Notes under the pieces: generated by a model
Told to the model about the DNA's origin: nothing
What the model saw: only the letters and a program-made list of their open reading frames with translations
Databases searched by the model: none
Program-made: the position numbers and the translations under genes
Assembly (NCBI GenBank): GCA_903889905.1
Contig: CAISZI010000008.1
Location: 40,766 to 104,765, forward strand
Direction: 5' to 3'
Source: Candidatus Wirthbacteria bacterium
GTDB lineage: Bacteria > Patescibacteriota > CG2-30-54-11
DNA: 64,000 bases
In this document: positions 35,450-46,108 of the stretch, piece after piece
How the letters are laid out: each line of letters opens with the position of its first letter
How positions within the stretch are numbered: the first letter of the stretch is position 1

Positions 35450-36076
35450 ATGAAACTATACTTATCGTCTTTTCATCTCGGCAATCAACCCGATCAACTA
35501 GCCTGCCTTGTTGGCCCCAACAAACATGCAGCGGTCATTCTCAACGCCCAGGACCATCAAAATCCCATAAAACGCAATCAGGATCTGCAACGCGAGGTAA
35601 ATGATCTGACTTCCCTCGGTTTGGTGCCTGAAGAAATCGATCTGCGCCAATATTTTGGTCGTCACACAAATCTAGAGACACGGCTCAGTAATTTTGGCTT
35701 GATCTGGGTGCGCGGCGGCAATGTGTTTGTGCTGCGTCGGGCGATGCAGGCAAGCGGTTTTGACCAAATCCTGCTGTCCCTGGCCAAAAAGGATACGATT
35801 GTTTACGGCGGATTCAGTGCAGGCGTTTGCGTACTTGCCCCATCACTGCATGGACTGGAACTGGTCGACGACCCGGCCATTGTTCCTTCCGGCTATCCTG
35901 AAGCCATTTGTTGGGACGGGCTTGGATTGATTGAGTATGGCATTGCGCCACATTATCGTTCCAACCATCCGGAATCGCTTGCGGTGGAACAGGAAGTCGC
36001 CTATTTCGAGCATCACCAGATTCCCTACCGCACTCTGAGGGATGGTGAAGTGATCCTGACAAAAACAGGAGGCTAA
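35450..36076 (+). CDS. peptidase E-like (S51 family) / type-1 glutamine amidotransferase-like protein
   Basis: MKLYLSSFHLGNQPDQL... N-terminus and a GGFSAGVCV nucleophile motif (S51 GxSAG). Start moved to 35450 (AAGGA RBS), because the tRNA-Gly terminator sits inside the longer ORF-track version. Confidence 0.7.
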   Translation: MKLYLSSFHLGNQPDQLACLVGPNKHAAVILNAQDHQNPIKRNQDLQREVNDLTSLGLVPEEIDLRQYFGRHTNLETRLSNFGLIWVRGGNVFVLRRAMQASGFDQILLSLAKKDTIVYGGFSAGVCVLAPSLHGLELVDDPAIVPSGYPEAICWDGLGLIEYGIAPHYRSNHPESLAVEQEVAYFEHHQIPYRTLRDGEVILTKTGG

Positions 36077-36712
36077 CTATGGTTTTGTTTTGGCGGCCTG
36101 CTGGCGTTCACGCAACAGGTGGACAACCGGTGGCAAGATCGAAAGCACAACAATCCCAATGATGATCGGGAGCAAATATTTGTCGATGTTAGGAATGGTC
36201 GTGCCCAGGAAATACCCCGCAACAGACACCCCCATGGCCCACAAAATACCGCCCACAACATTGTAGGTCACAAAGGTCTGGTACTGCATCTGGCCCACAC
36301 CAGCCACGATCGGAGTAAAGGTGCGGACAATGGGGATAAAACGCGCCAGCACGATGGTTTTGGAACCGTGTTTATCAAAAAAAGCCTGGGCTTTGAGCAC
36401 GTTTTTCTTCTGGAATAACAAGGAATCGTCGCGGTTAAAGAGACGGGGCCCAATGCGCCGCCCAAACATATACCCCACGCTATCGCCCAAAATCGCGGCA
36501 ACTGCCACCAGTGGCGCAAGCAGATAAATCGACAACAGTCCCTGCGCAGCCAGCAGTCCCGCAGTAAAAAGCAGGCTATCACCCGGCAGGAAAAAACCAA
36601 TCAGCAGGCCAGATTCGGCAAAAATGATGACAAAGACGCCAATGTAACCCACGGTTTTGATCAGATTTTCCAGGCCTGCGCCACTGAACATACTTAGAAT
36701 TTGATGCAGCAT
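36077..36712 (-). CDS. dedA: DedA family membrane protein (SNARE-associated / TVP38 family)
   Basis: ...VFVIIFAESGLLIGFFLPGDSLLF... DedA signature with multiple TM helices. Tail-to-tail with the pepE-like gene. Confidence 0.85.
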   Translation of the reverse strand: MLHQILSMFSGAGLENLIKTVGYIGVFVIIFAESGLLIGFFLPGDSLLFTAGLLAAQGLLSIYLLAPLVAVAAILGDSVGYMFGRRIGPRLFNRDDSLLFQKKNVLKAQAFFDKHGSKTIVLARFIPIVRTFTPIVAGVGQMQYQTFVTYNVVGGILWAMGVSVAGYFLGTTIPNIDKYLLPIIIGIVVLSILPPVVHLLRERQQAAKTKP

Positions 36713-36823
36713 AAAGCGATCCCGCCATCATGATTTGATCTCTATTCGACGGTCGGGATCATAACATAATGACATTATTCTGTCATATCAGGCCATGGAT
36801 GGCCTAAGCTGATGCGAAGCTAG

Positions 36824-37609
36824 CTATTTCCCCGTTGTCGTATCCTGGTAACCAACCACTTCATAGTGATGATAATTTGGCGACGGGCAGCTCGCGGAAG
36901 CGGAAGCAGAAGTTTGGGCCGCTAGTGACGTTAGTACCTTTCCACTGGCCGTATCTGCGATGCTTGCCTGCGACAGACAAATCGGATGATTGTTCAAATC
37001 AAATCCGACAAAAGTGACTGCGGGATTGGTGACCGGCGTCGAAAGCGGATTTAGAACCACTGCCGTAAATTCGGTCTGGTCTTTGGATGCATTGTGAATG
37101 ACCTGCACCTGGTTAACAGTGAGCGGTGCGACCGGCTGACGTGAAGCGGATGAAGCAAAGACAACCCAGGCCTTGGCCGGAGTTGTGCTACCCGTATAGC
37201 TGAATTCCACATAGGCTTTGGCCTTTGCCAAAAGTCGAGAAGGTCGCATCAATGCTTGCTGCGTTTGGATAATGTTGCCATTATTGTCGGAAAACGTACA
37301 GGTCGCGGTCGCCAAATCAATGGTCTTCTGACCGTTATTCGCAGCAATCGCAATCACGTGCATTGTCACCTGACCCGCGTCGCTGGAGGTAGTGGTGACG
37401 AATTTGTCGACAAAAGTGAGCGGATCGCTAACCGGCGCCGTTACAAGCGCTGAAACCGGTGCGGACAACTTCGTCTCTGGTACCAAGGGGCTGGAAGCAG
37501 GAACTGCAGCCGAGATGGATGAACTTTTCTTTTGGGTACAGGCTGATAACAGCACCAATCCCAGGCAAAAAGCGGTAAAAAGCAATTTGTTTTTGTTTGG
37601 TATTAGCAT
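36824..37609 (-). CDS. hypothetical lipoprotein
   Basis: Signal peptide with lipobox MLIPNKNKLLFTAFCLGLVLLSAC. Ser/Thr/Ala-rich mature protein. No family recognised. Confidence 0.6.
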   Translation of the reverse strand: MLIPNKNKLLFTAFCLGLVLLSACTQKKSSSISAAVPASSPLVPETKLSAPVSALVTAPVSDPLTFVDKFVTTTSSDAGQVTMHVIAIAANNGQKTIDLATATCTFSDNNGNIIQTQQALMRPSRLLAKAKAYVEFSYTGSTTPAKAWVVFASSASRQPVAPLTVNQVQVIHNASKDQTEFTAVVLNPLSTPVTNPAVTFVGFDLNNHPICLSQASIADTASGKVLTSLAAQTSASASASCPSPNYHHYEVVGYQDTTTGK

Positions 37610-37624
37610 AAGTTGCGGGTTAAA

Positions 37625-38209
37625 TTAAAAAGTTTTAATCATTTCCAGATAATTGTTACCCTTATCCCCGGCTGGCAACTGGTCCAGTACCGGCGTTTTA
37701 TCACACAGGGTACCGTTGCGTTCGCCTACGTAATCGGGATACGACGACCATTTGTAGCTATTCAAGTATTCAAATTTGTCATGCGCGGTCAGAAACGCCG
37801 ACAGATTGGTTGGTTGCAGGTGGATATATACCGTCATGCCCAGGATTTCCTTGGGTGTGAGCTCTTTGGCCCGGAAAGGCCCCTCAAACAGTCGGCCACG
37901 CCGCTGCGCCTTACGGTTGAAGTACATGGAGTAGCCCGTCCCAAGCTGATGCATAAAATCCGTCAATCCCCCGTCATTTTCCTGACGCAGAAGCAAGTGA
38001 AATTCGCTATCGAGCAGAACATAAGCAATGAAACTGACGAGTGGCTGCGATACGGCATCCAGGTAATCTTTTTCCTTGGTATTGCGAAAGCGTCGCATGT
38101 ATTCCAAAAACCGTTTACGGTCATCGTCGTCCAAAAAAAGTGGCCGGTTTTCCACGCCACGGTTCATGATGTAGTAGTATTGGTGATTGCTGAATTCAGT
38201 ACGACGCAT
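37625..38209 (-). CDS. IS200/RAYT-family Y1 (HUH) transposase-like protein (REP-associated tyrosine transposase-like) with a degenerate HUH motif
   Basis: ...YYYIMNRGVENRPLFLDDDDRKRFLEYM..., ...IAYVLLDSEFHLLL... (where canonical members have NHvHLLv), ...YFNRKAQRRGRLFEGPFRAKEL..., ...VYIHLQP...YKWSSYPDY. Collinear with PF01797/COG1943 Y1 transposases, with a catalytic Tyr before IHLQP. Confidence 0.8.
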   Translation of the reverse strand: MRRTEFSNHQYYYIMNRGVENRPLFLDDDDRKRFLEYMRRFRNTKEKDYLDAVSQPLVSFIAYVLLDSEFHLLLRQENDGGLTDFMHQLGTGYSMYFNRKAQRRGRLFEGPFRAKELTPKEILGMTVYIHLQPTNLSAFLTAHDKFEYLNSYKWSSYPDYVGERNGTLCDKTPVLDQLPAGDKGNNYLEMIKTF

Positions 38210-38284
38210 AGCGGTATAGTAAAATAATAGGATGTTCCAGTCCTATTATTATACTTGAAATCGTTGATTCGCTCAAGGCTTAGC

Positions 38285-41200
38285 CTAATTGAAGTTGACT
38301 GCGCTGCCATTATTATAAAGCATCTGCACCTGGGCGGCGGTGAGGCCATAATTATAGAATCTCACATCATCTATCTGGCCATCGATAACACGCCAAAAGA
38401 CGGCATCGGGATTCCGGCCAATCATGAAATTACGGGCAACACTGACATTACCGGCTGCAGCGCCACTGCCTTCCAATTTTCCATTGACATAAATATATCC
38501 TACACCAGCGCTGCGCACACCAACGATATGGTACCAGGTACCGGTGGCGATGACCGTCGTGCTGCAAATGGTTGAGCTGGTGACAGAGAAATCCATACGG
38601 TTGGCGACACCGCAGATTGACCCTCCCGTATCATTTTCAAAATGCGTCCCGTCCCAGGTGCCAGAATAGACTGAATTGGAGACAGGCGGATAGTAATCGG
38701 CGAGTCCAGCGTATTTGACCCAGTAGGCAATGCTGTAATCCCCCGTCCCGAAATTGAACTGCGAGGCTGTGCCCAAATCCACATAATCATTAACGGCCGG
38801 ATTAAATGCCAGACTCGCATTCCACTTCCCAGCCGCCCCATTCCCCCAGGCCGTACCCGCCGTGCTACATGTACCCGCCGCGGTCACTCCCATCCAGGTA
38901 CCATTGAACTGATTGGAGCTCACATCGTGAATCGTCGTGCCCTGACATTCGTCCAGGTTGTAGTAGGAGATTGGCTTGCCACGATTGTAGTCCCAGGCAA
39001 CCTGGGCGGCGGAGCGGGCATAATTATAAACCTTGACATCATCGATGGCACCATTAAATGGCCAGACGGTTGCCCCTTCGCGACCGATTTCAAAAGCGCC
39101 CGAACTGGTGGTCGGATTGGAATGGGTTCCCTGGGAGGCATAACCCAGCAAAACACCATTTTTATAAAACTTGACCGTAGTGCCACTGCGCACAGCCACC
39201 ACATGCTGCCAGACATTGGTGACGACACTTCCGGATGCGCTAAAGGAGTTTTGCAGCGCGCCTGCCTGATTGGTCGTCACATTCAACTCATCCCCAAGCA
39301 ACGAAAAATTGTAGCCGTCGGTGTTGTACGTTCCGCGAGCCATAATCCGTGTCGCTGCGGGTAATGCAGTCGGATTGATCCAAGCCTCGAGCGTAAAATC
39401 CGAACTGGTAAAATTCAGTGCAGATGAGGGCGAGTTGTCATTGGCCGTGATGTAATCTCCACTCGCACTGCCGTTACTCCCCGTAAAACTACCCGCTTTG
39501 CCAATTTTGCCGCTCTGCCAATGGCTGTCTGATCCAGTCCAGGTCCCGATGATCCCATTGCCACTGATATCATTGGCCGTGCTGCCGGTTCCTTCGTTTA
39601 GATTCCAATACGCCACCGGCGCGCTGCAGCTGGTACTATCCCCCGGCACGCAATACTCGCGGGCGGCGGAATTATCAGGAACACCGGCCGCAGTGGTACC
39701 GGTGGTGCCAAGCGTAAGGGCTGAACCATGGTTGTAGTCAAGCAGAACCTCGTCGGGCGACAGGGCGTAGTTATAGATCTTGATCTCATCCAAAAGTCCA
39801 TTGAGATAACGACTGGCTAATCCTGAATTGTCATTGCCAAAATAGAGCTTGTCGTCAGCGGCTGAAACCGCACCCTGTGACCAGGTAGCGGAACCTTGGC
39901 TTACCCCATTCAGATACAAGGTCGCCACCTGATTTTGATAAACGCCAACAAGCTGGTACCAGGTGCCCGTTGTCAGGGTCGCCGTGGCATAAGGAGAATT
40001 ACACGCGACGTTGGTTTTACAAATGCTGAAGTAAAATTTGTTCTGTGCTTGATCAATACCCAATCCATAACCAAACTTATTGGCAGTCGAATATTGACTG
40101 ACAATCATGGGCGAAGACAAACTGACTGAGCTCACATTTACCCACGTCGAAATCGTGAAATCATTGGTGGAATTAAACTTATAAATGCTGTTAGTCGCAT
40201 CAACATAGCCGTTTGCGTTAGCCGGGAATGACAGCGCTTTGTTGTATTTGCCAGCTGTGCTCCATGTCACCGAAGAGCCCAGCGTGCCGCTGACATTACT
40301 TGGACTGGCATCGTGTGCAGTAGTGCCATAACCTTCGTCAAATTTCCACCAACCAATGGTCGATCCCACCGGACTTCCGCCCGCCGGATGGCCACCATTC
40401 ATGTCTTCAACGACCTGCTTCCCGGTACGGGCATAGTTATAAATCTTGACCTCGTCGATCTGACCATTGGTGCGATAGTTGACGCCGCTGTTGGCACCGA
40501 TGTTGAGAGTGGAATCCGACTGTTTCATCGTGCCCGTCGTCGTATCGGTCCAGGTGGTGCTGTCTACACCATCAACATACATTTTGAACTGGGTACCACT
40601 ACGGACAACCTCAACATGATGCCAGGCGTTGATACTGATCGTGGGGCCATCAGCCTCGTACTTGGTATTGCTGGTATTCCACCAGTGAAAATATAATTTG
40701 TCGTCAGCGGCCAGCGAGGTCAGGTCAAAGGACGCATAAGGCGAGGCCACGTTACGCTGTACATAAATAATTTGGTCTTCCCCTTTGGCCGACGACAGTT
40801 GACTCAGTTTGACCCAGATCGAGATGGACAGGTCATTGGGTGGCATCAGCGTAGCGCTGTTACTGACACTCAAAAAGTTATCCGAACCATTGAAATTGAG
40901 TGAAGTACCAAATTTCCCCGGTTTCCACTGGCTACCAAGCGTACCATTCAAGGTGCCGCTAAAGCCATTGCCACTCGAGTCATTGGCAGTGACACCCGTG
41001 TGGTCATCGAATTTCCAATACCCCACTGGCCCCGGCGCCCAGTTGTAAAGTTGGGAAACCTCACTGACGGACAAGGCGCGATTGTATAGCCGGACTTCAT
41101 CAATCAATCCATTATAAAAATTGGTGGGCGTGGTGGTTGAATCCTGAGCACCAACCTGGAAGCGTCCGAGGGTGGCAGATATGCTGGAGGGAATTGTGCC

Positions 41201-44200
41201 GGTGGTGGTGGTTGCCTGCAGCACACCGTTAATGAAGATCGTGACAGTCTGCGCTGTTGCGTTGTAGGTGCCGACGACATGATACCAGTTGCCGGTAACC
41301 AGACCGGCGGACGAGGTGGTGACATAATTGCTGGAACTTCCGACATAAAAACGGATATCGGTGGCGTATTGGGCCAGCTGATAATCCGTATTGGCACCAT
41401 CCCACTTGCCCGCAATATCAAATTGGGTCGCTGCTGTGACGGACGAGGGTTTGATCCAGGCGGAGACCGTCAGATTACTTGAAAGACTCACCGTGCTTGG
41501 ATAATTAACGACCAATTGGGGCCGATTCCCGGATGTAGCCCCGTCACTGGAAGTAAAATTTTTATAAGTGCTTGTAGATCCTTCGTTACCGATCAGCCAA
41601 AGACCGTAATTGGTCGCTGATCCGGCTACCCAGGCGGCGACATCGGCCTTAACGTCCCAATTGAGAAACCCGGTAACGTATGTAGCACTTGTGCTGGAAG
41701 TGGGCGAAACGGCAAAGTCAGTCCCGCTCAAGCCACCGGCAGTATTGGATCCCCATTGGACATAGTTACCGGTATTATTGTTTCTGTAATTCCAGGTAGA
41801 ACCGTCGGCAGCACCGGGCGGGGCAACATTTTGACTGCCCTCCCACCACTGGGTTAGGCCCCGATACACTCCGATGTTTTCAGTGGTGCCGCCACCACCC
41901 TCGTTATAGAGCGTCAATGTTGATGAGCTGATCGTGGCATTGCTGGGTATTGAGGAAACATCGAATTTAATTAAAGTACGAAAGAGTGAAGTGGTCGCAC
42001 CACGGCCAACTTCAATGTTAATGGCAGTCCCTTGGTTTGAACCCGGTGCGACCACACCATAAAGATACGTATCCAATCCTGAAGCAGCATCGGGCTGAAG
42101 CGTCAGAGATTGCGACTGATACATGTACTGCGAACTGGCTGCTGTGAAACTGCCGGCATTACTGAATTTACCACTGCTGAACGCAGGAGTATTGACGCTG
42201 GTCAGGGTGTTACCGTTGCCCGAGGAATCATTGGCATTGCCAGAACTCTCATCCATCTTCCAATAACCAACCAACCCGTTGCTCAGTGCCATCGAATTTT
42301 GGGCATTTGAGCCAATCGAAACACCTGTACCATCATCGGCATTACCGCCGTGAGCATTGAAATCTTGTTTGACCTGAATTGCCGTCCGACCATAGTTATA
42401 AATTTTAACTTCATCCATAAAACCACCAAAATATCCGGTCATTGAGGCCATCTTCACACCCAAACCCAACGATAGGCTATTGGTTGGGATTGAACTTGGC
42501 ACTGTCCCAGTCCCATCTGCTTTGCCATTGACATAAAACGTAACTGTCGTCCCAGACTTAACGACTGCCAGATGGTACCACTGACTGGCACTCAATACCG
42601 TATTACCATTAATCGACGTTGGATGAATATATAACGACAATTGCCCGCTGCTATTTAAAAACATCGAATAACCATTGGAGTTATCTTTTTGAATTAAATA
42701 TTGGGTAATGCCGGTGACTGTTATAAATTTGAACCAGCCCTCCCAAGTAGCATCGCCTGTCAGATTTATAGCCGCTGTTGACGGAACGCTGGCATACTGA
42801 GTGCTGCCGTCAAATTTGAGGCACTTGCCACTGACACACATGTCTTCGGCTGCCCAGGTGGGATCAACTGGCAAGGATGTATCGCTACCGCCCAAATACC
42901 CGTTATTACCCATGAGGTAGGTACTGGCTGCAGGGCTGGCGGCCCCCGATGGTACGCCACTAGAATAAACCGTCACACGTCCAACACTGCCTGCGCCTCC
43001 TGTCGCACCACCACCACCACCACCACCACCCCAGCCGTTACAGCCACCATTACCTGCTGCATAACCGCCACCACCACCACCGCCATTGGCAGCGCCAGCA
43101 GGCCCGGCTGTTCCCGTACCGCAACCATCGTCACCATGCCCGCCCGCACCGCCTGCAGCACCGGTTCCGGCCGTACCACCAGAGGCAGTCACCAAACTGG
43201 AACCCAACGTTGCTAGACCAGTCTTGATCAGGACACTACCACCTGCACCGCCACCGCCACTACCTCCGCCGCCGCCGCCCGCACCAATCAACCAAGTCGA
43301 GCCAGCACCCGCCGTTCCTGCCGTTCCATTGGAACCATTTCCCCCATTGCTTCGAATCGCACCACTAGTAGTGACGATTGGAGCAAATATTGTCAGAATC
43401 CCGCCACCTGTCCCACCGCCACCACCGGCTCCACCGGTACCTGGGCTTGCAAGACCATTACCATTTGCTCCCGTTCCGCCTGTCGCTCCATTACTACCTA
43501 GATACAATTTCTGTAAGTCTGAGCTCCCGTATGTAGAGACATTTTTAAAATTATCGGACCCCACTCCCGCAGGACCGGGAGTGCCAATATCCGCATAATA
43601 TCCACCATTCCCATTGCCACTGGTACTAATCGCTCCTCCATTACCAGCATTGGGCGGAGCCGTACAAGGCATTTGCAGACAACTGCTCGTGCCACCCGCA
43701 CCACCAGTCAACGTCACCGCGCCACTACCACCGCCACCACCGGAATTGGCACCAGCACTGCCTGTTGTACTGCTATTTCCTCCCACCACACCATCACCGG
43801 AGCCACCTATTGCGCCGGTACTTGTATTGTTCATCTGAGCATACGCGCCACCGCCGCCACCACCACCACCTTTGGCTGGCATAGATCCGACTGCACCATA
43901 AGATCCCCCTTGACCGCCACCGCCGCCACCACCGCCAGGAAAAGTAGATGACCCGGAACCACCACCAGCACTACCACCGGGCACACCCATCACAACAGGA
44001 TAGGTCGCCGTATAGCCTTTGGCATTCATATCAATTGTTCCGGAAGCAGTCACTGTACCGGTGGCCCGAAAAAAAAGCACGCCATTTTTGGTCCCGTTAA
44101 ACGCATCCACGGTCAACGTTGCACCGCCCGAAACAGTTACTGTTCCATAATTCGGTACGCGCTGCACCATAATTTGCTGAGTGGTGCCATCATAAGCATT

Positions 44201-46108
44201 GGCAAACGGAACTGTCACGTTGATGTTGACGTTATTAGCGCCCGAAAAGCTAGCAATGCGCCTGGTTTCATACTGGCCGACGGTGGAATAATTGGATGAG
44301 GTTCCCTGCAGATTGATGACCAGAATTTCATCCCCAACCGCGAGTCCTAGCGTATCCGGATTGTTGGTTGAAACCGTGACATAAGTCGCACCAACCGAAG
44401 TCAGCACTGTGGAGCTGAAATTCACCGCATCAGCTTTGGCGCGACTGACGCAGGTATTGGAAGATGCGGCGGTTACATTCACCGTACCGCTGGGGACGCT
44501 GCAGTTGCCATCGGCGCCAGTACCATAGTCAGCACTGTCTTTGGCGGTGACGGAGTCATAAACTTTTTGACCACTTCCCTCATCAAATTTCCAGTAAGCA
44601 GCTGGCCCGGTTGACTGCTCCTCGGTCCCGCTCAGCGTCACTGTCGGCATCGTACTGACTGTCTTGTGCACAAACACCCAATCCAACGTCGTGGTAAAAG
44701 TCAGCGTATTGCTAAATTCCAGCTCCAAACTACCCGTCGGCACATTGGTTGTGGGATTAGAAATTTGGGAACCATTTTGATAAAACAATGTACCCGATGC
44801 ACTATAACGATTGATTCGGTAATTCTGCATGGCCGTACGGTCAGTCACCGTCAGGGCAGCACTCGTCGTTGCTGAACTGGCTGCCTTGGAACTCGAATAG
44901 ACATTGGTCGTTGTGGCACTATTGGTATAAAGTATGGCGTTGTTCGTATCGGTCACGTCACGATAGCCCGCAGCCGCCAGTTTATTGGTACCATCTCCGG
45001 CCGCGGTCTGCATGCGATAATCCATGATTGAATAACCATAACTGAGATTGGAACGAATTTTGGCACCAGTGCTGATTGAAGCCAATCCGCTGCCTGCTGT
45101 CACTGAGCCCGTTACAGTCCAATTTCCAGTATCAATACTACTGCCACTGAAATCATCAAAAAACTGAAAAACACTGGTTCCACTGGCAATGTTAACCACC
45201 TGCGAATTGCCATAGTAAACATAAATTGCCGTGCCTGTTGTGACAACAGAGGGGACCTTGGTCCAGATGGCAGTAGTCTGACTGTCGCACTGATTGGTTC
45301 CTGTCTCGATCCAGTGCGGGAGCAATTTCCCATTGATGTCGGTAACCCGTATATCGGCGCAATCTGAAAGCAGCTTGCCCTGGTAGATCAATCCGGAAGC
45401 ATTATTGCTGCGAGTATCCAGCGTAATCGACACCTGGAAATCCGTCTGGTTGGACGAAATACTGGTGAGGTCAACACGTTTGCGATAAAGCCAGTTTTCG
45501 TTCCACCAAGCCGCGGCTGCGGATTTGCGGTTGAGGAAGAAGACGATGCCCACGATCACGACCAGAGAAGCAGCCAGGCCAAACCAGAAACGGCGGGAAC
45601 GGAGAGAGAGTAACCCCTCCTTGCCTCCCCTTACTCTAAGGGGAGGAATAAGAAAATGCCAAAAGCGACTTAAACCTCCTTCCCTTAGAGTAAGGGAAGG
45701 TTGGGATGGGTTACTCTGTCTTATCTGCTCAGTGCTGGAGCCTGCGACGTGCTTAGAGTAAGAGGGGGCAGGGGGAGTTACTCCCCATTCTTTTTTCGGT
45801 TTCTCCCGCGCTGCCGCCACCATCCCTTCCGCCCGCTGCTCAACCACCGGCGGCAAATCCATTTTTTTGACAAATATTTTGGGCTTTTTGATCACAAATA
45901 CCGGCATCCCAGCCTTGGGGCGGAGGTCGATGGGGTGGGCATGGTTGGTTGAAGGTTGTGGTTTTTTCGTTGTTTCAGCTTGATCTAACCCACCTTTATC
46001 CTCCCTTACTCTAAGGGAGGACTTCTGAAAGTCTCCCCTTAAAGTAAGGGGAGATTTAGAGGGGTTATGATTCTCCCCGAATTCTAGTTTTTTCCTGGCA
46101 TTTGACAT
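38285..46108 (-). CDS. giant membrane-anchored surface protein (2607 aa). Layout: N-terminal cytoplasmic tail with REP-derived repeats, TM anchor, DUF2341-like domain, Gly-rich region, about 10 LamG-like (concanavalin A-like) domains.
   Basis: TM helix FWFGLAASLVVIVGIVFFL. DUF2341-like block WWNENWLYRKRVDL...DIRVTD...IYVYYGN. Gly-rich low-complexity stretch about 330 aa long. Repeated LamG-like units of the form VGYWKxDExSG...DSSGNGN.GT...GKFG.A.SF.G...Y, each ending ...IDEV+IYNYA. Confidence 0.9.
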   Translation of the reverse strand: MSNARKKLEFGENHNPSKSPLTLRGDFQKSSLRVREDKGGLDQAETTKKPQPSTNHAHPIDLRPKAGMPVFVIKKPKIFVKKMDLPPVVEQRAEGMVAAAREKPKKEWGVTPPAPSYSKHVAGSSTEQIRQSNPSQPSLTLREGGLSRFWHFLIPPLRVRGGKEGLLSLRSRRFWFGLAASLVVIVGIVFFLNRKSAAAAWWNENWLYRKRVDLTSISSNQTDFQVSITLDTRSNNASGLIYQGKLLSDCADIRVTDINGKLLPHWIETGTNQCDSQTTAIWTKVPSVVTTGTAIYVYYGNSQVVNIASGTSVFQFFDDFSGSSIDTGNWTVTGSVTAGSGLASISTGAKIRSNLSYGYSIMDYRMQTAAGDGTNKLAAAGYRDVTDTNNAILYTNSATTTNVYSSSKAASSATTSAALTVTDRTAMQNYRINRYSASGTLFYQNGSQISNPTTNVPTGSLELEFSNTLTFTTTLDWVFVHKTVSTMPTVTLSGTEEQSTGPAAYWKFDEGSGQKVYDSVTAKDSADYGTGADGNCSVPSGTVNVTAASSNTCVSRAKADAVNFSSTVLTSVGATYVTVSTNNPDTLGLAVGDEILVINLQGTSSNYSTVGQYETRRIASFSGANNVNINVTVPFANAYDGTTQQIMVQRVPNYGTVTVSGGATLTVDAFNGTKNGVLFFRATGTVTASGTIDMNAKGYTATYPVVMGVPGGSAGGGSGSSTFPGGGGGGGGQGGSYGAVGSMPAKGGGGGGGGAYAQMNNTSTGAIGGSGDGVVGGNSSTTGSAGANSGGGGGSGAVTLTGGAGGTSSCLQMPCTAPPNAGNGGAISTSGNGNGGYYADIGTPGPAGVGSDNFKNVSTYGSSDLQKLYLGSNGATGGTGANGNGLASPGTGGAGGGGGTGGGILTIFAPIVTTSGAIRSNGGNGSNGTAGTAGAGSTWLIGAGGGGGGSGGGGAGGSVLIKTGLATLGSSLVTASGGTAGTGAAGGAGGHGDDGCGTGTAGPAGAANGGGGGGGYAAGNGGCNGWGGGGGGGGATGGAGSVGRVTVYSSGVPSGAASPAASTYLMGNNGYLGGSDTSLPVDPTWAAEDMCVSGKCLKFDGSTQYASVPSTAAINLTGDATWEGWFKFITVTGITQYLIQKDNSNGYSMFLNSSGQLSLYIHPTSINGNTVLSASQWYHLAVVKSGTTVTFYVNGKADGTGTVPSSIPTNSLSLGLGVKMASMTGYFGGFMDEVKIYNYGRTAIQVKQDFNAHGGNADDGTGVSIGSNAQNSMALSNGLVGYWKMDESSGNANDSSGNGNTLTSVNTPAFSSGKFSNAGSFTAASSQYMYQSQSLTLQPDAASGLDTYLYGVVAPGSNQGTAINIEVGRGATTSLFRTLIKFDVSSIPSNATISSSTLTLYNEGGGGTTENIGVYRGLTQWWEGSQNVAPPGAADGSTWNYRNNNTGNYVQWGSNTAGGLSGTDFAVSPTSSTSATYVTGFLNWDVKADVAAWVAGSATNYGLWLIGNEGSTSTYKNFTSSDGATSGNRPQLVVNYPSTVSLSSNLTVSAWIKPSSVTAATQFDIAGKWDGANTDYQLAQYATDIRFYVGSSSNYVTTSSAGLVTGNWYHVVGTYNATAQTVTIFINGVLQATTTTGTIPSSISATLGRFQVGAQDSTTTPTNFYNGLIDEVRLYNRALSVSEVSQLYNWAPGPVGYWKFDDHTGVTANDSSGNGFSGTLNGTLGSQWKPGKFGTSLNFNGSDNFLSVSNSATLMPPNDLSISIWVKLSQLSSAKGEDQIIYVQRNVASPYASFDLTSLAADDKLYFHWWNTSNTKYEADGPTISINAWHHVEVVRSGTQFKMYVDGVDSTTWTDTTTGTMKQSDSTLNIGANSGVNYRTNGQIDEVKIYNYARTGKQVVEDMNGGHPAGGSPVGSTIGWWKFDEGYGTTAHDASPSNVSGTLGSSVTWSTAGKYNKALSFPANANGYVDATNSIYKFNSTNDFTISTWVNVSSVSLSSPMIVSQYSTANKFGYGLGIDQAQNKFYFSICKTNVACNSPYATATLTTGTWYQLVGVYQNQVATLYLNGVSQGSATWSQGAVSAADDKLYFGNDNSGLASRYLNGLLDEIKIYNYALSPDEVLLDYNHGSALTLGTTGTTAAGVPDNSAAREYCVPGDSTSCSAPVAYWNLNEGTGSTANDISGNGIIGTWTGSDSHWQSGKIGKAGSFTGSNGSASGDYITANDNSPSSALNFTSSDFTLEAWINPTALPAATRIMARGTYNTDGYNFSLLGDELNVTTNQAGALQNSFSASGSVVTNVWQHVVAVRSGTTVKFYKNGVLLGYASQGTHSNPTTSSGAFEIGREGATVWPFNGAIDDVKVYNYARSAAQVAWDYNRGKPISYYNLDECQGTTIHDVSSNQFNGTWMGVTAAGTCSTAGTAWGNGAAGKWNASLAFNPAVNDYVDLGTASQFNFGTGDYSIAYWVKYAGLADYYPPVSNSVYSGTWDGTHFENDTGGSICGVANRMDFSVTSSTICSTTVIATGTWYHIVGVRSAGVGYIYVNGKLEGSGAAAGNVSVARNFMIGRNPDAVFWRVIDGQIDDVRFYNYGLTAAQVQMLYNNGSAVNFN

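Noticed and set aside
43086-43598. Proline-rich plus-strand ORFs (e.g. MAAPAGPAVPVPQPSS...) and similar ORFs at 60906..61151 and 43614..43838.
   Set aside because: They are the antisense reading of the glycine-rich (GGN/GCC codon) segments of the giant genes. Poly-Pro on the opposite strand of poly-Gly is the expected artefact.
43000-44000. Collagen-like triple-helix region in the giant proteins.
   Set aside because: The Gly-rich sequence is GGxGG-type and irregular. It lacks strict Gly-X-Y periodicity and Pro enrichment.
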